Virus record (IMG/VR): IMGVR_UViG_3300044551_000092
Coordinates: 1 to 64,000 of that record
Reading direction: 5' to 3' (one strand)
Length of the DNA stretch: 64,000 nt
Source: a virus
Lineage: Duplodnaviria; Caudoviricetes
Positions 50,931 through 60,029 of this stretch are shown piece by piece (the stretch's first letter is position 1; each line of letters begins with the position of its first letter). Both the position numbers and the translations under genes were made by a program. Below the pieces are notes generated by a model. The model was not told the origin of the DNA and did no database searches. It saw nothing but the letters and a program-made list of their open reading frames with translations.

Positions 50931-51200
50931 TCACCTGACTATATTTTTTGGACGTGGGCTTTTATCGATATTTCTACGAAGAAAAAGATCAGAACCTTCA
51001 TTACCACAGATCCAGTAATAAACCTTTGAGTTCGGCCGGATTCGAAAAGACTTATCTCCAAAATAATTATCATAAAGGAACCAGGCTGTTTGAAAAAATA
51101 TAGTTTTATACTTCATGTTAAAGATACACCAGTTCCTCAAATACCCACCCGTAAAGCTATCCAGGCTATGAAGCACATCAACTGTATAATTACTCCTCAT
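50931..51200 (-). CDS. Hypothetical protein
   Basis: GGGAGGT RBS. Confidence 0.55.
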   Translation of the reverse strand: MRSNYTVDVLHSLDSFTGGYLRNWCIFNMKYKTIFFQTAWFLYDNYFGDKSFRIRPNSKVYYWICGNEGSDLFLRRNIDKSPRPKNIVR

Positions 51201-51823
51201 TCAAAATACCTCCCTATAGTGGGACAATCATGTATCCCATACCATGATTCATAATGGTTCTGGACCCGCTCAAAACGCTCATCATCAATCTCTTGAAAGT
51301 GGTCAAAAAAGTCGTTGTCGGCGGTACATCCACCACAACCTTCACCTATAAAAAGAACAATCATATCTGGATTAACCAGACTTGCTTCTTTGAGAACTCG
51401 ATAAGCTGTGTTGTCCATAAACGGCCAGCTCATTACACAAACATCATAGTCACTGCCAAACGTGCGTACAGCTGCAACAGCGTCCATCTTCCGTACTTCA
51501 GTGACTGGATTCTTCCATAAAACAAACCGAGACTTCTTCGACCACGAAAAGTCATCGGTGGCAATCACATCAACGCCACATTGCCGTAAGGCGGCAGAGA
51601 GCCAACCTCGACCGGCCATGACCTCAAGGACCTTACGTTTGCCAATCCACTGAACCAGTGGACGGACCCAGCGCCAAGAGACATAAGCAAACATGCCATT
51701 TCGAATCGCTATTTCTCTTTCTTTAGTATCATGAATTACAGCTTCTAAAATTTTGTCTTCTTTATTTCCCACAGAAAAACTTTGTTTCATACGTGTTGGT
51801 ATACTATTAGGTATTTTAAGCAT
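51197..51823 (-). CDS. SAM-dependent methyltransferase-like protein
   Basis: VLEVMAGRGW, ATDD, MSWP, IGE..GGCTA. Confidence 0.75.
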   Translation of the reverse strand: MLKIPNSIPTRMKQSFSVGNKEDKILEAVIHDTKEREIAIRNGMFAYVSWRWVRPLVQWIGKRKVLEVMAGRGWLSAALRQCGVDVIATDDFSWSKKSRFVLWKNPVTEVRKMDAVAAVRTFGSDYDVCVMSWPFMDNTAYRVLKEASLVNPDMIVLFIGEGCGGCTADNDFFDHFQEIDDERFERVQNHYESWYGIHDCPTIGRYFE

Positions 51824-51840
51824 AAGAAAACCTCCTCGTA

Positions 51841-52182
51841 TTAAACATAGTACACGCAATAAAAATCGAGAAAATTAAGCATCTCAGCAAGTGTTGAAAA
51901 TTCCTGTGTCCGCGGTACTGCAAAACCTTCTAAAAACACAGAGAAATGCCAATACAGCGGACCTTTCAAAAAAGAAACTGAGCCGGAATAGACCATGCGA
52001 CGGAATCCAATGACGCGAAAAATTTGCGACTGATTACGGATAAGTTTTATATCGTTTGTTTCAAAATACGCATTCTGAAGCGCATAATGACAACAGTCTA
52101 CCACCTGGTCCAGTGGGACGGATAAATCAAATTGAGCTTTACCAATATCAAACCGTTTGATGTATTCACTAATCAATTCCAT
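51841..52182 (-). CDS. Hypothetical protein (MELI..Y start)
   Basis: GAGGAG RBS. Confidence 0.6.
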   Translation of the reverse strand: MELISEYIKRFDIGKAQFDLSVPLDQVVDCCHYALQNAYFETNDIKLIRNQSQIFRVIGFRRMVYSGSVSFLKGPLYWHFSVFLEGFAVPRTQEFSTLAEMLNFLDFYCVYYV

Positions 52183-52475
52183 TATGACGACTCCTCAACA
52201 ACCAAAACGTTGAAGATATTAACCGGTCGGCCGGTACGTGTTGTTTCACCAAAAAAGAAAATGCGGTATTGTCCATTGGCACGGTGAATAACTATTTCAT
52301 ATTTTACTTTGAATAGATTATCTTTTTCCTGTTTAACCCGGCAAACCTCTGGAAGATCGGCGGAGAAACCGGGCAGCGCATCTAAAACCTTATGCTGTAA
52401 AACATCTACATCTAGAATTGAATCCAAATGCAGATCTTCTTTACTAATTTTACTTGTTATTTCAACAACACCCAT
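52182..52475 (-). CDS. Hypothetical protein
   Basis: Coupled ORF. Confidence 0.55.
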   Translation of the reverse strand: MGVVEITSKISKEDLHLDSILDVDVLQHKVLDALPGFSADLPEVCRVKQEKDNLFKVKYEIVIHRANGQYRIFFFGETTRTGRPVNIFNVLVVEESS

Positions 52476-52569
52476 TAAATTATCACTTCAATTCAATAGA
52501 AATTAATATAGCATGTGAGAGCATCGGACTCTCAAGCCCGCCTTTACGGGACATGCTTGATATTCTCAA

Positions 52570-52950
52570 TTAATACACAGTAATAAAAAATTGATTCGAA
52601 TCACCATCATCACCCTCTAATTGGACAACAATCATCTTAGGATCATAATACGTATCCTTATTCACACAATAAATCATTGCACCAAAATAGACTTTTTTAG
52701 CCATTTTATTCTCATCAATTTCGTATTCATATGTATCTAATTTAACGATGCGGCCGACAGCAAACTGCTCGTCATTTTCATCTTCGGATTTAAGATTTAT
52801 TTCAAATGCTTCTTCAATAAACTTTTTAATATCTTCTACTGTGCTATCGATTGTCATATTTAGACCAACCTCTGGAAAACCGCTATTCCCAAACTCTTGT
52901 AAAACTCTCACTAGCAAGGCACGGTCAGTAACTAAACGTGCAAGCATCAC
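52570..52950 (-). CDS. Hypothetical acidic protein
   Basis: 126-aa ORF. Confidence 0.6.
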   Translation of the reverse strand: MMLARLVTDRALLVRVLQEFGNSGFPEVGLNMTIDSTVEDIKKFIEEAFEINLKSEDENDEQFAVGRIVKLDTYEYEIDENKMAKKVYFGAMIYCVNKDTYYDPKMIVVQLEGDDGDSNQFFITVY

Positions 52951-53122
52951 TCATCACATCCCATCATTATGATAAAATCAAATTAATGCTTACTATAAAT
53001 TTTATCACATGAAAATGACAAGCTGTCATGTAATATAGAGAAATATCCCACCGGTCTTAGAGATTATTGATATGTCTTCAATATTATTTCAACCTCCAGT
53101 TATTTAACTATCCTTATCATCA

Positions 53123-53132
53123 GCCGACAGGC
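53123..53132 (-). promoter_or_regulatory. Recurrent hairpin motif copy 8 (GCC-TGTC-GGC-TG-ATG)
   Basis: Intergenic, about 25 nt above a GGAGG. Confidence 0.55.
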
Positions 53133-53491
53133 GGCGGGAATCAAAACGAGTGTGAAAATTCAGACATATACTCAATAAACCCTATGGAAAACCATATAAT
53201 ACTAAAACACTAAAAAATACTTTATTATAAATTATATCGGCTGAATAACTATAAATATAAACTAGCCGAAACACAAAGAGAACTATTCTATTGAGCCTAT
53301 TATAGTTATATTAGATCAGCTCTTATAAGGAATACTATAAGCTCTCTTAATGAGTAATTAAGTAAAATCTAATACTGTATCTATTGCAGCTTTAATAACA
53401 GTTAATTAACTTATTATACGGTACTATTGCTGAACACCTAGCAAGCGGGATAAGAGCGCTTATTAGGGAGCACAGCAGAGTAACAAGTAAA

Positions 53492-53613
53492 GCTATAAAA
53501 GGGCGATAATAGTGCTATAAAGAAGCCGTAAAATGACTGAAAAAGTGCTGTAAAAATACTATAAAAGGGATGTGAAAAGACTGTAAAAAGACTGTGAAAA
53601 GGGCTGTAAAAGG
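53492..53613. repeat. Eleven degenerate 11-bp tandem units (RCTRTAAAARR), phased A-tracts
   Basis: gctataaaagg gcgataatagt gctataaagaa gccgtaaaatg actgaaaaagt gctgtaaaaat actataaaagg gatgtgaaaag actgtaaaaag actgtgaaaag g gctgtaaaagg. Confidence 0.85.
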
Positions 53614-53838
53614 GTGCGGGAGGCAGCTTCCTTGCCCGCGAGGGCTGGAAAAGCGGATATCTCATAAATAAATTATAGCTTGTGCCTTACCTCACACTTT
53701 AACCGATATAGCTGATCGCATAATATAGTAAAACGCGAACAATCATAGCTGTTATCGGTGATAATGTTCGGAAAAGTGTTCAGTTTCTCTGAGGGATAAA
53801 CCATAAGAATTCGAAAGAAAATCATCTAAACACGAACG

Positions 53839-54210
53839 TTAACCCTTGCGATCCTTCGGTTCAGAAAGAAAGCCGGACAGCAGGTGAGTCATTATCGTTA
53901 TGATATTGTCTTCTTGGGCCTCTATATTATAGGACAGGAAGGCTTTAATATAGCTGTCGTCTTTCTGTGAATCATCCATGCTTAAAAACAAATCTTTTAA
54001 GGTATGGGGCTTGCTTTTATAATGCATGGTATATCGGATAGAGGCTTTTCTAAAGTAGCGCAAGGGGATCTTAAAAGACAGATCGACAGGTTTATCAGTC
54101 TGCGCCTCGGCCCCGTGAGTACTTTCTATTTTAAACGAGCCTGAAACATGCATTAAAAAGGTATCATCACGGACTTGAGCAGAAAGAATCTTTCCCTCAA
54201 TAAATAGCAC
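53839..54210 (-). CDS. Hypothetical protein, paralogue of 48055-48450
   Basis: AGGAAGTGA RBS; colinear similarity. Confidence 0.65.
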   Translation of the reverse strand: MLFIEGKILSAQVRDDTFLMHVSGSFKIESTHGAEAQTDKPVDLSFKIPLRYFRKASIRYTMHYKSKPHTLKDLFLSMDDSQKDDSYIKAFLSYNIEAQEDNIITIMTHLLSGFLSEPKDRKG

Positions 54211-54278
54211 GCAATCACTTCCTGATTATGAGATACCCTTATTATAGATAAACAAAAGGAAAAGATATACTTTAATAT

Positions 54279-54292
54279 CCGCCGGCAGGCGG
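54279..54292 (-). promoter_or_regulatory. Recurrent hairpin motif copy 9, loop variant (CCGCC-TGCC-GGCGG)
   Basis: First intergenic space downstream of the RNAP gene. Confidence 0.5.
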
Positions 54293-54392
54293 GGGACGGA
54301 CGACAGGTAAAGCAGATAATCTAGCCATAAAGCAACCGCTCCTTAAAGTAGAAAAAGTAGAATTGGGTAAAGCACCACGTAGCCGAAGGCGA

Positions 54393-57300
54393 TCAATACT
54401 TGACGATCTGACTAATATTTAGATTAAGGGTATGTCTGCCGGCAGCTAATTCAGCAGAAACAACAACAAAAGAATACTTGTCGTGCCCCATTAGCAGATG
54501 ATTTGTCTTCTTACTGTTATATAGATAGCCTACGGGGATATTGTGAATAAATACGAGATAGTGATCTCCACGAGCCAGAAGATAGCCGCCGTGTTTGGCT
54601 AGTCCAGTAGCTACCTGTTCACGGGTGTAGTTGATCTTACTCGGCACGCACATGCCCAGAGATACATTGGTTGTCACTATCTGGCCGCGCAGTATCTGAT
54701 CCTGTTCTGGCTTGTGTTCCATATAGGCTAGCGTCTGAATGAACTGATCTGCACAAACGGTCCAGGGGAAGGAGAGACTGCTATCTTGTTTCCGGCCGGC
54801 ATAGGTAATGTAATATGCCACAAAACCTAAATCTCTGGCCGGGTACTTCAAAGCAAGATTAGCCATGACTTCTTGAGCTTGGCCGCGCAGAACGGACAAT
54901 TCATCTTTCCGGTGTTGCTCCAGACGATCCAGCTCGTTGCGTGTTGTCGAGTAAGACATGCCGGAAGAAATGACTCTCTGCTTCTCAGTTTCCTCAGCTT
55001 GAAAGATAGACCGAGCCGCCGCACCATAACGTGCTTTGACTTTTCCGACAATTCTCTCCAAGGCCAAGAAGTCATCCGGCTTCAAATCAAAGGAAGAAGT
55101 GATAGGCGCTAAAAGAGAGTATTTTGCGGCATTTGCTTCAAATTCAGCGAAACGTTCATCTAAATATTCCGTTTCAAACTGTTGAATAAAAGCCATGACG
55201 CGAGACAGAACCCCATTCCGATTGATGCCATCTTTCTCCTGTTCAGGATCTTGACGGAGAGCCAACCAATCCGGTTTCATCCAGACACGAAATGAGCTGC
55301 CTTTCTTCTCTTTCGACAATTCTTTTGGCGGGTTCTTCATGAAGGAGAGAGTGTCTTTCATGGCTTCCTCATAAAAACCGCCATGCTTAGCACGATCGAT
55401 TTCCCAGCCTTGCACCAGCCGAAGCAGATCAATGTCATAGCAATACTCGTCGATCTTTTGCAGGTTATGCTGTACAGCGGTCTTATCGATATCAGTCCGC
55501 TGAATAGTCCGTTTCATGCCACGCACGGAATCGGCTAAGATAGTGGCCATGTTAGTGGAGGTGGCAATCTTATTTGGTGCCAGTGTGCGTATCACGTAGT
55601 CTTTGCCTAACTCGTGCAGCTCTTTCTTAAACACAGAAGACTTGGCTTGCTGGGCGGTAAACGTCAGCCTGTAGCTATCTTGATGTTCGACAAGACCCGC
55701 CGGTAACTGGTACACACCAGCCAGTTCCATACTGTATGGGCAGCCGTCGCCTAGATCAATTACGTGGCCTTCTTTATCACGCTTAAAGCTCATATCAAGC
55801 AGAGGCAGGGCGTTATAGCGGCCAACTGCAGCGACAAAACGCGGCTCAGTAATCGTCATGCATTCATCGCCATCATTATCCGCGCCGCCCATGCCAAAAG
55901 TGCAGAAGTCATGCACGCTCATCACACAGAGATTCTGAAAGGCACCGTGCTTGACCGCTTGCATATACAGACCATTGCCATACACCTTGACATATTGGAG
56001 TTCGCCTTCCGTAATGGCCGGATTACGGCCGAGCACAACATACTTGCCGAATAAATCGCTTTTCTTCTCACTGTTTGACAGTAAGAAAACCTCGTTAGCT
56101 TTAATATCAGACGGACGCTCCCGAATCACCAGATCATCACTCTTGTACTCTGTGCCGCACGCTAGTACAGCATACGGGTCCTGAATCATATAGCGATAGT
56201 GGCCTTCAACGGGAATGCTGCCGGTCTTCCAGTTAAACAATTTGCGTTTTAACAGGTCTACCGCGTACTTTTTCATGTAGACATCGTTAAAAGCCAGTGG
56301 ACTAGCAGAAAGGAATCTCGCAAACGTAGACACCATGCTTCGGTCGGACAGAAAATCCTGTTCTTCATCAGACAGATCATCAAAAGACCTGTCCAACCCT
56401 ATCAGCTTCTTCATGGCATCCGTATTATACAGAGCTTTATAGACATTGTTCAGATGAGGTTTCACGATCTCAATCAGGTCTTCTGCGGTTACAGAAGAAG
56501 TCTGGATAAATTGATAGGGGATCTCCGTATACTTCTTTTCCTGTTTCAACTTTTTGTTAAAGATGGCTACCCGGAACTCAATCTTGAAGTCTGGATGACT
56601 GGCCAGCAACTGGCGGAAGTCACCCTTGCAACTACCCCGGAAAGCCACGATGTCTGCCTCTGGATAGTATTTCTTCAGTCCAGGTATAAAGACAGCCAAG
56701 CCCTTAACAAATGGCGTAATGCGGACCTGTACTGCGTCTACGAACTTCCCAAACTCGGCGGCCAGCTCATAGTATACTTTCTCATCAAAGAACACCGCAC
56801 CATCGGCGGCCGTCATCTTCACTGGATATTTTGCTGCATCGAAGACTTCAAAACGATGCGTGTCTGTGTTAAACTTTCTGTAGTGACCTTTTTTGATCAC
56901 TACCTGCCGATCGTTGGCAATCACTAAATTGTGAGTGCCACCGGTCAACATGTATTCATTCGGAATTGGAAGCACCTCGACTACAGCACTGCCAATCCGA
57001 ATAACTTTTGACGCCACGGTGTTAGTGCCTGCTAACCCGGGGCGTTTTAACATTTTTGTGACATCTAATTCATAAGTTTTGCCTTTCTTCTTAGCAAAAG
57101 CGAGGGCGGGGAATCCCAACAATTCCAGCGCATCTTCCGGTTTCATGAAGTCTTCCAGAATAAAGATGCCTTGCATCAATCTCGCTTGGCTCGGTGTCTG
57201 AAACAAGAAGACTGCATGCTTTATTTGGCCATGCTCATCCTTGATCCAGAAACCGTCACGAACAACATCCTCCGCCAACTGAATCTTCTCTAAAACTTCA

Positions 57301-57848
57301 GTACGATATTTTACGCTCAATCCGGCAAGCTGATCTTCATCAGGATGCTCCACAAACAGATTAACGTAAAGGATCTCGTGCATTTTAAGTAAATGACGCA
57401 CAAAAGGCTTTCTGCCGGCAGGATAATACTTGATGTCCTGCAAATCGGCGGAAGCAAAAGCCTCAGACAAGGCTGACTCACTGACCACCGAATAGTTATA
57501 CATATCGGTATAGTCAATTAGGCTTATGATACGGCCGTCATTTAGACGTTTCATCTTTTCAATTTCAGCTGTTCCGACATGTACAGACTTTCTAGTGGGT
57601 GGATAGATGCGGTCCGCTAACTTGTGACTTGCCACGAACGCCTTAAAATAACGCAACTGGTTTGTCGGCACGCCGACCGATGCCGGATTCTTCAAAATCT
57701 CCAGCACACTCTGACCAGACGCGATGCCCATCACAACGCGGGTATAGTTCTTCGTCTTCACGCCTAGACCTTCTGAATCCGCCATTGCCGCAAGAATGTC
57801 ACCCGTCGTCATCAGATAGTCGTTTTCCTTTAGAAATGCACGATTCAT
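54393..57848 (-). CDS. YonO-like single-subunit two-barrel RNA polymerase (cellular-RdRP homologue)
   Basis: TPSQAR, ADG, VQVR..F.KGL, LGRNP, MGGADNDGDE (DxDGD), EIDRAKHG; 1151 aa. Confidence 0.88.
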   Translation of the reverse strand: MNRAFLKENDYLMTTGDILAAMADSEGLGVKTKNYTRVVMGIASGQSVLEILKNPASVGVPTNQLRYFKAFVASHKLADRIYPPTRKSVHVGTAEIEKMKRLNDGRIISLIDYTDMYNYSVVSESALSEAFASADLQDIKYYPAGRKPFVRHLLKMHEILYVNLFVEHPDEDQLAGLSVKYRTEVLEKIQLAEDVVRDGFWIKDEHGQIKHAVFLFQTPSQARLMQGIFILEDFMKPEDALELLGFPALAFAKKKGKTYELDVTKMLKRPGLAGTNTVASKVIRIGSAVVEVLPIPNEYMLTGGTHNLVIANDRQVVIKKGHYRKFNTDTHRFEVFDAAKYPVKMTAADGAVFFDEKVYYELAAEFGKFVDAVQVRITPFVKGLAVFIPGLKKYYPEADIVAFRGSCKGDFRQLLASHPDFKIEFRVAIFNKKLKQEKKYTEIPYQFIQTSSVTAEDLIEIVKPHLNNVYKALYNTDAMKKLIGLDRSFDDLSDEEQDFLSDRSMVSTFARFLSASPLAFNDVYMKKYAVDLLKRKLFNWKTGSIPVEGHYRYMIQDPYAVLACGTEYKSDDLVIRERPSDIKANEVFLLSNSEKKSDLFGKYVVLGRNPAITEGELQYVKVYGNGLYMQAVKHGAFQNLCVMSVHDFCTFGMGGADNDGDECMTITEPRFVAAVGRYNALPLLDMSFKRDKEGHVIDLGDGCPYSMELAGVYQLPAGLVEHQDSYRLTFTAQQAKSSVFKKELHELGKDYVIRTLAPNKIATSTNMATILADSVRGMKRTIQRTDIDKTAVQHNLQKIDEYCYDIDLLRLVQGWEIDRAKHGGFYEEAMKDTLSFMKNPPKELSKEKKGSSFRVWMKPDWLALRQDPEQEKDGINRNGVLSRVMAFIQQFETEYLDERFAEFEANAAKYSLLAPITSSFDLKPDDFLALERIVGKVKARYGAAARSIFQAEETEKQRVISSGMSYSTTRNELDRLEQHRKDELSVLRGQAQEVMANLALKYPARDLGFVAYYITYAGRKQDSSLSFPWTVCADQFIQTLAYMEHKPEQDQILRGQIVTTNVSLGMCVPSKINYTREQVATGLAKHGGYLLARGDHYLVFIHNIPVGYLYNSKKTNHLLMGHDKYSFVVVSAELAAGRHTLNLNISQIVKY

Positions 57849-57921
57849 AATCGAACACTCTCCTAAAAGTTAGTTTTTGCAGGAGCTTTTAACGTCATCA
57901 CTGCTGTTGGACGGTAAAACG

Positions 57922-58236
57922 TCATGCATAGACTGCAATAGTGCCTTCCCGTGGGACGAATCGATCCACAGAATTAAAGGCCGTGATCACTTTGACCACG
58001 ACCGTGCCATGCGCATAATAGAGTTCACCGACTAAAGACACGTTCAGCCGTCTGAGATACAGACAGAACTTGTCTCCGGACTTCAAATTCAAAAGGCTAT
58101 CCGTCTCCTTGACCAATGCTTTTAAGGCGGAAGCGGGATCTACCCGTCGCTGTGCCATCCGTTCAATTGCGTGCTGCGTTACACGCAATTGACACGTGAT
58201 TCCATCAACCGTATACTTAAACATGAACATGATCAC
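57922..58236 (-). CDS. DUF4258/RelE-like RNase-fold protein
   Basis: TQHAIERMAQR...VKVITA. Confidence 0.5.
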   Translation of the reverse strand: MIMFMFKYTVDGITCQLRVTQHAIERMAQRRVDPASALKALVKETDSLLNLKSGDKFCLYLRRLNVSLVGELYYAHGTVVVKVITAFNSVDRFVPREGTIAVYA

Positions 58237-58282
58237 CTTTCTTTTTGCCCTTCCTGGTGGTGCAGGAGGGCTTTAATTTTGT

Positions 58283-58474
58283 TTAGAAATGAATCACTGT
58301 ATGACCGTTAACAATGTCAAACTTTGCGCCGCTTTCTTTTACGGCGCGACGAATGGCTTCCTCAGAAATCCCGCGACTCGTTAAGTCCTCAACAAAAACA
58401 AACCGATGGGTCATCCGCAGATGAGCCATCAGCCGTTTCAGGTGTTCTAAATCTTTTTCCATACGATAAGTCAT
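58283..58474 (-). CDS. Hypothetical protein, paralogue of 58959-59216
   Basis: H.RMTH..V.V.DL..RG.SE.AIRR.V...GA....NG..I.F. Confidence 0.7.
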   Translation of the reverse strand: MTYRMEKDLEHLKRLMAHLRMTHRFVFVEDLTSRGISEEAIRRAVKESGAKFDIVNGHTVIHF

Positions 58475-58902
58475 GCCTCTTTCACCTCCTTAGGAGCCCG
58501 GTACAGATAGTGACCGCCTTGGCGAATGAACCCATACTTTTGGAGCCACGCATAAGCCCGTAGACGCTTTCCATCAGAAGGAGAGATGATGATACGGTCT
58601 CCAGGAGAAAGCAGCGTCTTAAGCCGCAGTACGCCCTCCAGTGCATAGCGCAGACCTTCCAGCCCAGCCCGCCCAGTAGAACGATTGAACAGCTTGCTTT
58701 CTTGATGAAGCGAAATACTCTTAAACCAAGCCACGGCATCCGCCAATGTATCAGATACACAGAAGTCCACGGCATAGTCTGTAAACAAGGGCAGATTTTG
58801 CGGAACGACAAACAAAACGGCATGCTGCCCATTCGACAACACGCCGTTATCAACAAACACGTCTTGAAACACGTCTTGCTTATTGAATTGAACGATAGCC
58901 AA
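58471..58902 (-). CDS. Hypothetical protein, possibly a GNAT-like fold
   Basis: AAGGATG RBS; D.KR.RAY.WL.KYGF. Confidence 0.6.
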   Translation of the reverse strand: MAIVQFNKQDVFQDVFVDNGVLSNGQHAVLFVVPQNLPLFTDYAVDFCVSDTLADAVAWFKSISLHQESKLFNRSTGRAGLEGLRYALEGVLRLKTLLSPGDRIIISPSDGKRLRAYAWLQKYGFIRQGGHYLYRAPKEVKEA

Positions 58903-58958
58903 TATAGGTCATCCTTTCTGCTCGGTTTAACGACATGAACTGGTCAGGTTGCCTACTA

Positions 58959-59216
58959 TTAGAAGCGAATGATCTTGCGACCATTGATACTGACAACGTG
59001 GGCACCCATCCGCACTACAGACCGACGAATGGCTACCTCAGACACGCCGCGGGTTACCAGGTCATCGACACATACACTCTGATGAGTCATGCGTATATGC
59101 ACGAGTACACGCCCCATCCGGTACAGATCCCGCTCTACACAGAACAGGACGCCATTCCCCGGAGACAGCACACCTTTTCTAACGATTGCTGATTCTTTAA
59201 CTGAAGATAGATTCAT
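58959..59216 (-). CDS. Hypothetical protein, paralogue of 58283-58474
   Basis: AAGGAG RBS; shared motif. Confidence 0.7.
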   Translation of the reverse strand: MNLSSVKESAIVRKGVLSPGNGVLFCVERDLYRMGRVLVHIRMTHQSVCVDDLVTRGVSEVAIRRSVVRMGAHVVSINGRKIIRF

Positions 59217-59284
59217 AGCAAAACACTCCTTTAGGATTTGTGTTCAGTGGCAAAAAAACAAAGCAGCATTATGTTTTAAAGCAA

Positions 59285-59326
59285 ATAAAAAAGGGAACTT
59301 GCTCACATAAAAGTCAGTAAGTCCCC
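59285..59326 (-). terminator. Intrinsic terminator inside the RNAP gene cluster
   Basis: GGGGACTTACTGAC-TTTTAT-GTGAGCAAGTTCCC-TTTTTT. Confidence 0.7.
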
Positions 59327-59546
59327 TATGTATCACCTATCCCGAGTGATCTGCTCTTGTGAAGGATAAATGGGCTTCTATTTAGTAGGTATCGTCCTGC
59401 GGTCAGGCCAAAGACCAACGGTGTTTCATTAGACTGATCATTAGTGAAACATACAAAAGCCTGATGATCAGGCCAACCCCAACATGCAGAATCATTGCAT
59501 CGTCATCATGCTAACCTGCATGTTGTGTTGACTCGCTAATCGCTTA

Positions 59547-60029
59547 TTAGCGTGCGAATTTCAGGAACGGGACAAAGTAACCAACGACGCGAAGAACCAC
59601 ATAGGTGTTAATCACCGCATAACCGATGAGTAAAGCCCATCCAAGTGTGCCACTCACAGACATCAGTAATGCGTCAATGAGCAGGGTAAGGGCATTGAAT
59701 GCCACCCATGACCCGCCGCCAACCAGTGCCACGCCAACACGCTGTACCTTGTTTAGATTTGCATTGTCAATCTTGGTTAGCGTTCCATCAATAAACCGAT
59801 CCAGTTTCTTTTTCATGTCAGTAGCAAAGTGATACAGTTTGATAAAGCCGTCTTTGATCTTACCGACAAGATGGCCAGCTTTGCTCAGGATGTCTTTCTT
59901 TGCTGCTTCAAACGTTCCGTTGTCTGTCTGTGCCATCTCAATTACTGCCGTTTCATTCATTTGAGATTCCTCTCGTGTTTTGTTTTCATTTGACATAGAG
60001 CTTTGACCTTGAGACTGTTTGTTTTGCAT
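59547..60029 (-). CDS. Membrane protein (2 C-terminal TM helices), first gene of the leftward unit
   Basis: AAGGAG RBS. Confidence 0.65.
   Translation of the reverse strand: MQNKQSQGQSSMSNENKTREESQMNETAVIEMAQTDNGTFEAAKKDILSKAGHLVGKIKDGFIKLYHFATDMKKKLDRFIDGTLTKIDNANLNKVQRVGVALVGGGSWVAFNALTLLIDALLMSVSGTLGWALLIGYAVINTYVVLRVVGYFVPFLKFAR

Noticed and set aside
53438-53665. 75-aa Phe-rich ORF
   Set aside because: Translation of the 11-bp repeat
54848-59310. Alternative-frame and antisense ORFs over the RNAP module
   Set aside because: Shadows of real genes in higher-GC DNA
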